Origin: Octopus vulgaris
Lineage: Eukaryota
Assembly: GCA_951406725.2 (NCBI GenBank)
Contig: OX597815.1
Location: 43,338,001 to 43,402,000, forward strand
Direction of reading: 5' to 3'
Length of the DNA: 64,000 bases
In this document: in pieces, positions 55,407 to 64,000 of the stretch
Layout: each line of letters starts with the position of its first letter
Position numbering within the stretch: position 1 is the first letter of the stretch
Program-made: the position numbers and the translations under genes
Notes under the pieces: generated by a model
Database searches by the model: none
The model's input: only the letters and a program-made list of their open reading frames with translations
Told to the model about the DNA's origin: nothing

Positions 55407-56635
55407 CATGCACGTATATATTTATATATACATATGTATGTATGAACGCATGTATATATGTATGTTGTAATTCTCCCATTCTCCCTTCGATGTCTAGTCT
55501 TCGTCTCCTTCTTTCATCCCTTATCTTCTTTCTCTTTGTTTCACTTCCCAACCAACCCCTTCAATAAGTGCAATTCGCTTTCTCTTTTCTTTTATTTTTC
55601 CTTTACATATATACACACATGCATGCGTACACGCCCATATATATATACACAAATACGTGCGTGTGTTTTTATGCATTGCGTGCGTACACACACATAAACT
55701 GTGCCTTTTGAATTTCTAAATTTTTTTTTGCTTTTTGTATATAATTTTCTCTTGTTTTACTTTCATATTTGAACCCGTTTTCGTTTTTCAAATCCTTGTT
55801 CTCCTTTCCGCGTTTTCATTGTTTTATTTGCCCCATTCTTTCTTTTTTTCCTTCCTGCCTTCCTTCCTTCCTTCCTTCCTTCAGTCATTTTCAATTTTTC
55901 TTTTTTATGCTTTATCTTTCTCTCGCCTTTTTCTTACTTACAACTAAAGTTGAATTCCGGGGGAAGCCCAACAATCTTATTGCACACACAAGCACATATA
56001 TCTCCCTCCCTCTCTCTCCTCCTTTCTCTTTCTTCTCAACTATAGACACAAATACACACGCGCGCCCACGCACACACGTACACACGCCCATACACATACA
56101 TAGGCGCCCAGAACAGTGAGATACTGACTGTATGCATTAGTTTGTACTCTTACGACCTAGTAACGGGTGTTTACAATGACATAATGTTTTCCAATGTTTA
56201 TATTAGAACAAGAAACCGTTAATTTTCTCTCATATATGTATGTACGTATATACATACATACATACATACATACATACATACATACATACATACATACATA
56301 CTACATACATACATACATACATACATACATACATACATACATACATACATACATACATACATACATACATACATACATACATAAATCTCAAGTATGTAGA
56401 CGAATGTACAAGAGGAAATACTGGCCGTATGAGACATGGACCATCAGGCGGGCCGCACGACTAAAACAAAATTTAAGGTAATTTTTTTATTAAGCCTGCC
56501 ACTCTGAAAGTCCCGCGGGCCGCAGTTTATTTATGACCGGACTAAACAATGAACTTCGAACGAATTAATAAATTATAACACACGTAACCGAATACTTTTG
56601 ATACTGTTTATAGATAAGTAATATATGTGCAACTT

Positions 56636-57250
56636 AAAGCGACGAGCTGGCAGAAGCGTTAGCACGCCGGACCAAATGTATCTCCACGTTCTGCGCTCAA
56701 ATGTCACCGGAATCGACTTTGTCTTTCATCCTTTCGGGGTCGATAAAATAAGTATCAGTTGAACACTGGGGTCGAGGTAGTCGACTCAACCCTTACCCGA
56801 AAGTACTAACCTTGTGCCAACATTTTTGTGCAATTTTTGGTTTCTTCTAGATTTTTCCTTCCCGTTTTATTTCTTTCACAAAGCTGTTTTTGGCCAAAGC
56901 TTTAATTTATTCTTAATTATTTATAAAATATTCTCAGTGACAACGGTCAGATGTAACGATTCTGACCTCTTCCATTCATGTTCCTCATAATATTAACAAA
57001 CCTGCGTAAATTTGTTTATATTGTTGAATATTCTAAAGGTAGCAAGTTGGTAGAATCATGAGCGCATTCAGGCATTAATTCTTGATGATATTTCTTTCGG
57101 CTATACGTTCTGAGTTTAAATACCACCGATGCTGACATGATCTTACACCCTTTCGGGAACAATAAAATAGGGACCAGTTGAGCATTGAGGTCGACATAAT
57201 CGACTAACCGCCCAACCGCTACATTTCAGGCTTTGTTCCTATAATAGAAA
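56636..57250 (+). mobile_element. Two family B SINEs (56636-56822, 57035-57250)
   Basis: Head/core matches. Another copy lies at 61128-61322. Confidence 0.75.
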
Positions 57251-57659
57251 GAAAGAGCCGTTGAACATTTTGTCTAGTGTTTCATAATGTAGCTTCAACT
57301 GACTGCATGTTCGTAAATATTCAACAGGGCCTAAACTTGGTTAATGAGATGAAGTTGAAAGTATTACCTTATTTATTGTACAGTTTATCAAAGAAAATAT
57401 TTTCTGACACTTAAGTAAACGCTCCTCTCCTCTCCTCCGAAAACTCATCTGACAGCAATACGTGCATATACAAGCATTCAAGTTGCTGTTGTTGTTTGCG
57501 TTAGCTGCTTACTTTACAAAGTTTCTCGTTTTGTTTGCATTTGATAGTTTATCTTTCAATAGTTAACAGATGATGATGACAGCGATGACGACAACGACCA
57601 CGAGATGGGTGATAATGATGCGGCTCAACTATTCATTTTATCGGTGAATGTTTCTACTA

Positions 57660-57830
57660 TGTTCGGTTGTGTCTGGGAAGAGTCATTTTCTTTTCGTGCC
57701 TTGTAATTTAACACACACACTCACCGGTAAAATTTCCATTTATTTCTTATTTTTATTTTCCTAAAATTTTCGTTGCATCTTGCAACCTTTTCAATAGTCT
57801 TGACTCTACTATAATTTTGTACCAAATCGG
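57660..57830 (-). mobile_element. PLE-like terminal fragment carrying a U3:A8 hammerhead-like motif
   Basis: Same family as 13009-13248. The - strand at 57761-57797 reads CTA TTGAAAA G GTTGC-aagat-GCAAC GAAA AT TT TAG. Confidence 0.55.
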
Positions 57831-58260
57831 AAAAATACAAATAAAATAGTTTAAATTGACAGAAAGATATACTTTAGACGTAATGCTTTAACATTAATTT
57901 TACTAATAAAAAAGTAATTTTTTTCTGATTTCAACAGTCTTAAATTTAGTTGGACTGCAGCCATGCCGGGCACGACACCGTCTTGGGCAGACATTGAGAC
58001 ACTGATACACGTAAAAAAAGTTAACAGCAAACACGATACTTGTGTTCTAACTAGAAATGCAATCAAATATGTTGAAACAAACTCACCTAGTGACTTTCAG
58101 CTATTTGTGATTATGAGGAACGATGCAAAGTTGCATTTGGCTGTCATTCAATGTTGTCACATGAAATATTTCAATACACATTCCTGGAAACTAATCTTAT
58201 AAGCACACACGCATATAAATACGCGCGCGCGCATACACACACACACATACACACACACAT

Positions 58261-58327
58261 AGTCTGCAGAAGAATATCATAGTTATATTCACCATGTTCG
58301 AATGCCTGCTACGTAGGTCTCTCTCTC

Positions 58328-58404
<77 letters not shown>

Positions 58405-58456
58405 ACGTAACAGACATTCGAACATGGTGAATATAACTGATATTTCTCTGCAGACT
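58261..58456. repeat. Fold-back palindrome centred on a (TC)n(TA)n(GA)n microsatellite
   Basis: AGTCTGCAGA..AGTTATATTCACCATGTTCGAATGCCTGCTACGTAGGTCTCTC / GAGAGACCTACGTAACAGACATTCGAACATGGTGAATATAACT..TCTGCAGACT. Confidence 0.9.
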
Positions 58457-59000
58457 GAAAATAAACCCAGTTATGAACAATCTTAATCGATTTGCGGAAC
58501 TCAGCAGAAGTGTCATCATTTGACCAATGCCAGGAAAATAAGTAGCCAATCTCATTATATACTCAAGAAATCCCGTAGCTTCAGAGAACTGGTACTACTA
58601 ATCTAATTTGCATACTATAACTATTTATCACCTTAATGCTTTGTGGCTTGTCAGTGAGAATCTCAGTTCACACAGTATCAAGAAATGATATAAAATATGT
58701 AAACGTACGAAGCAGAAATACTATCATGGCAAATTCGACTATTTTTCCGTAGGCTGAAAAACTGAGAAGCCTTATTCGATTTAAACCTTAGAACGATGTC
58801 ACTAGAAAGACCTACGCAGAAAAAAAAGAACAATTTACTGGTACATCGTTTTTACAATTTTTAATTTTGGTATTCGTAGATATTTACTTATTAAGTAAAT
58901 ATATATATATATATATATAATAATAAATATTAGGGAATAAATCCAAATTTACAGGGAAAAATCAGATTTAGGATTGAATCCAATTTTATAGTAAAATATT

Positions 59001-59060
<60 letters not shown>

Positions 59061-59068
59061 TCTTTCAA

Positions 59069-59460
59069 GGCACAGGAGTGGCTGTGTGGTAAGTAGCTTG
59101 CTTATCAACCACATGGTTCCGGGTTCAGTCCCACTGCGTGGCACCGTGGGCAAGTGTCCTCTACTATGGTCTCGGGCCGACCAAAGCCTTGTGAGTGGAT
59201 TTGGTAGACGGAAACTGAAAGAATCCCGTCGTATATATATATATATACACGACGGGCTTCTTTCATATATATATATCATTCATATATATGTGTGTGTGTG
59301 TTTGTGTTTGTCCGATGCTGGTGTGTTTACGTCCCCGTCATTTAGTTCGGCAAGAGAGATCGATAGAATAAGTACTAAGCTAACAAAAAATAAGTCCTAG
59401 GGTCGATTTGCTCGACTAAAGGCGGTGCTCCAGCATGGCCGCAGTCTGAAACAAATAAAA
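59069..59460 (+). mobile_element. SINE family A
   Basis: Head, body and tail. Confidence 0.85.
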
Positions 59461-60689
59461 GAAAAAAAAAGAAAAGAAAGCCCCGAGGAAACAGCTAAAG
59501 ATATTTCACTATCTGCTAAAAACTAAAGGCTGAGAGTTTCAGTAAATGTAATAATGTCTGTATGTGCATAGGTGTATGTACAGTGCAGGTTTCATGCTAT
59601 AAACTGTGTTTAAGCAACTTTGAGATTTTTTTTTTAGTATTAACAAGAGTAACGCCAACTAACTATTAATACTATTAAATAAAAAGAGTAAACAATGATA
59701 AAAATAGCAACGGCCGATATTCGTTTTATGTATATTTCTTGGCAAATAAATACTAAATGTCATCTGTCTAATGAAAATAAAATGGAGTTTTATATAACAC
59801 TTAGATATCAATTACCATTCATCAGCTGCTACATTTACCATGTACACCCTCCAAAGATCAAGCAACGACAGGAGCTGTGGTTCCTGTCATTGTTTATCAA
59901 ATGACGGGAGCTACAGGTAGACCAGTTGACTTGAAGAGACAATGGTTTGTATTCTGTCTCTGTCTATGCGCAGTGTCCATAGCCCAAACAGTCTTTAAAG
60001 CCTCAACGTTCGTAGATGTAGGCGATCAAAACAGAGTAGTATACGACTCAGTGTTAAAAATAAACTTAGTTCAGACAAATTGAGAATTTTGTTGAATCCT
60101 GTTTAGTTATTCAATCTCATAAATCTTTCGACGTAGCAAATGAGAATTGTAAGATGCATCGTTTTTCAGATTAAATAAGAACCCCATATTTTATAAAACA
60201 TAGATTCCAAAATTCAATTTTGAACTTCTTCAATAAGAATATTAAGGAAGTATTACTGAAAACAGAAGAAATCGTTAATTTTCTGTTGTTGATTTTTGTT
60301 TCTTTTTAGTAAATCGTACTTTTTTCTATAGGTTATAAAGTAGAATAGGAAAAATGTTAACATGTAAATATTAGACTTGATTTATAGATCGATAAAATCC
60401 GATTATAAATTAGTAAAATAACATCATTTGCAGTTTGAAATTGAGGCCCCGTCTTGGCTAAAACTTATCTCACCTTTAAGATGATTTCATACTTGGAGAT
60501 ATAAAATGTTTATAGTGAAGATGAAACAAGACTGCCGTCAGGCCCTTGTGAGAGAACGTCCTAGTAAGGGGTCCTAATTATTTTTATTTTATTTTGTTTG
60601 TTAGGAAAGGCCCCGGCAAATAATCATGGGTAGAGTGGGTTGCGGCCCGATCTAAAGGCGCGGGCTGAATCCAAAACTATTATTTAAAC

Positions 60690-62372
<1,683 letters not shown>

Positions 62373-62911
62373 TGTCAACATTATCTTCAACAAAGACAAC
62401 TACAGCAAGTAGAAGTAATGCCAGCAACAGTAGCAACAATAACATCGTTAGGACTTACAACAAGTATGACTCGGAAAAGCGTTCAAGCTTGGGGAAACAA
62501 TGCCGCACTGATGATGTATGATGTGAAAACTGAGTGGGGGTGGAAAGGAGGATGAGAGAGGTAGAGAGAGAGAGTGAGAGAGAGAGAGCGGTAGGGAGCG
62601 CGAGAGGGAGAGAGAGAGAGAGAGCGGTAGGGAGCGCGAGAGGTAGAGAGAGAGAGAGGTAGAGAGAGAGAGAGAGGTGGAGAGTAGACGTCTACAAAGT
62701 GTGTGTGTGCGCGTGCGAGTATGTGTGTGAGTGTGTGTGAGTGTGTGTATGTGTGTGTGTGTGTGTGTGTGGCTGTGTGTGTGTGTGTGTGTTTGTGTAC
62801 CTTGGCAAGGGAATTAGTAAATGGTGAGAAGGTAAGAGAGTAAAGAAAGAAGGGAAAAGATTGAAAGAGAAGAAGCATGAAAGAGAGAGAGTGGAAGATT
62901 AAAAGAAAGCA

Positions 62912-62944
<33 letters not shown>

Positions 62945-64000
62945 GATAGTGCGAAAGGGAGGGAAATAGAGAGGAAGGTGGAGGGGAAAAGAGAAAGCTA
63001 AAGAGAAACAAAAGGAGTTCGGAGGGTAAAGAGATGTGAGGAGGGAGGGGAGTTCATAAATGTTGGACATAACAAAGAGTCAGAAGCTACGTTAAAGCAT
63101 CCATTTAACCATTCATTCGACCACCCCAACCCACCTCATCAGTCTGTCATTACCCACAACTGCCACCACCACCCTCCTACTACCATCACCTCCACTTTCA
63201 CGACCAACACCCGAACACCCAGCACCCAGCGCCCAGCACCCCGACCTTAACTAACTTCCCATTTCCACCCTTTCACTACCCAACTTTCCTTCCCCGTACT
63301 CGTATTTTTTTTTTTTTACTCTCAAACTCACTCAAACCTTATTTTCACTGGTTTTCTTTCTTCTAACATCTTCTCTATCTCTCTATCTCTTTCTTTCTTT
63401 CTTTCTCTCTGTCACACTTCCCCTATACTCTTTCACTCTCACTCTCTCTGTCATCCTCTATCATTTTCTATCACTCTCCCTCTTTCTCTATCTTTCTCTT
63501 CCTTCCCTCTCACAGTGCACTTTTATCCACTGTTACTTTCGGATGGCTACCGCTGATTTTTGTTTTATTTTTAACTGTTCCCCCCAAAATTTCCCCCGCC
63601 CTCGTGCAAACCGTCAACTTTAGGCGGGCGGGTCAACAGTGTATTTTTGTTTTTACTGTGGTAGCACGAAATCCTAACCCTAAACCCTTTTACAACATAC
63701 GCTATGCCACTCCTTTGTCTTATCGTTATTATTCACCTCATGAGAACGAACAGACCGCTGAAGCCTGCTTTCCCAACTCTACAAGTTTCCTTTGTTGCAA
63801 ACTCTTCCTACTTCCATTGTTTTCCTCGTAAGTTCGTCTGAGAGCGCCTTCCAGATTTTATCCCAATCCTGATGACTCTGGAAAGAAAGAACAAAAGATG
63901 CTAATGAAATTAGAACGCAACTTGAACAAAATAAAATTATACTTGAAATTTTAAATTCCAAATTCTTTGAAAACATCCGTTTTCTTTTTGGTATTGTAAC

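Overview
This is a repeat-saturated, AT-rich eukaryotic window. The SINE families and the very dense (TA)n/(CA)n/(TACA)n/(GATA)n microsatellites look like an octopod cephalopod genome, but that is inference. I cannot support any host protein-coding exon, and almost all listed ORFs are microsatellite or SINE read-throughs. Real content includes four tRNA-derived SINE families (several with target-site duplications), decayed Tc1/mariner and hAT DNA transposons, a Helentron-like element, a deleted CR1-type LINE, and fragments of R4/Dong-, Hero-, CRE- and I/Jockey-like LINEs. The most striking theme is Penelope-like elements (PLEs). A 2.5 kb near-perfect, spacer-less palindrome (48007-50516) encodes an RT thumb plus GIY-YIG endonuclease on both arms. 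Each arm carries a minimal hammerhead ribozyme with a compensatory U3:A8 core. Several other fold-back PLE-like remnants and hammerhead-like motifs from different families occur at 2507-2614, 11949-12006, 13009-13248, 38213-38249 and 57761-57797, mostly embedded in (TA)n tracts. Coordinates of decayed repeats are approximate.
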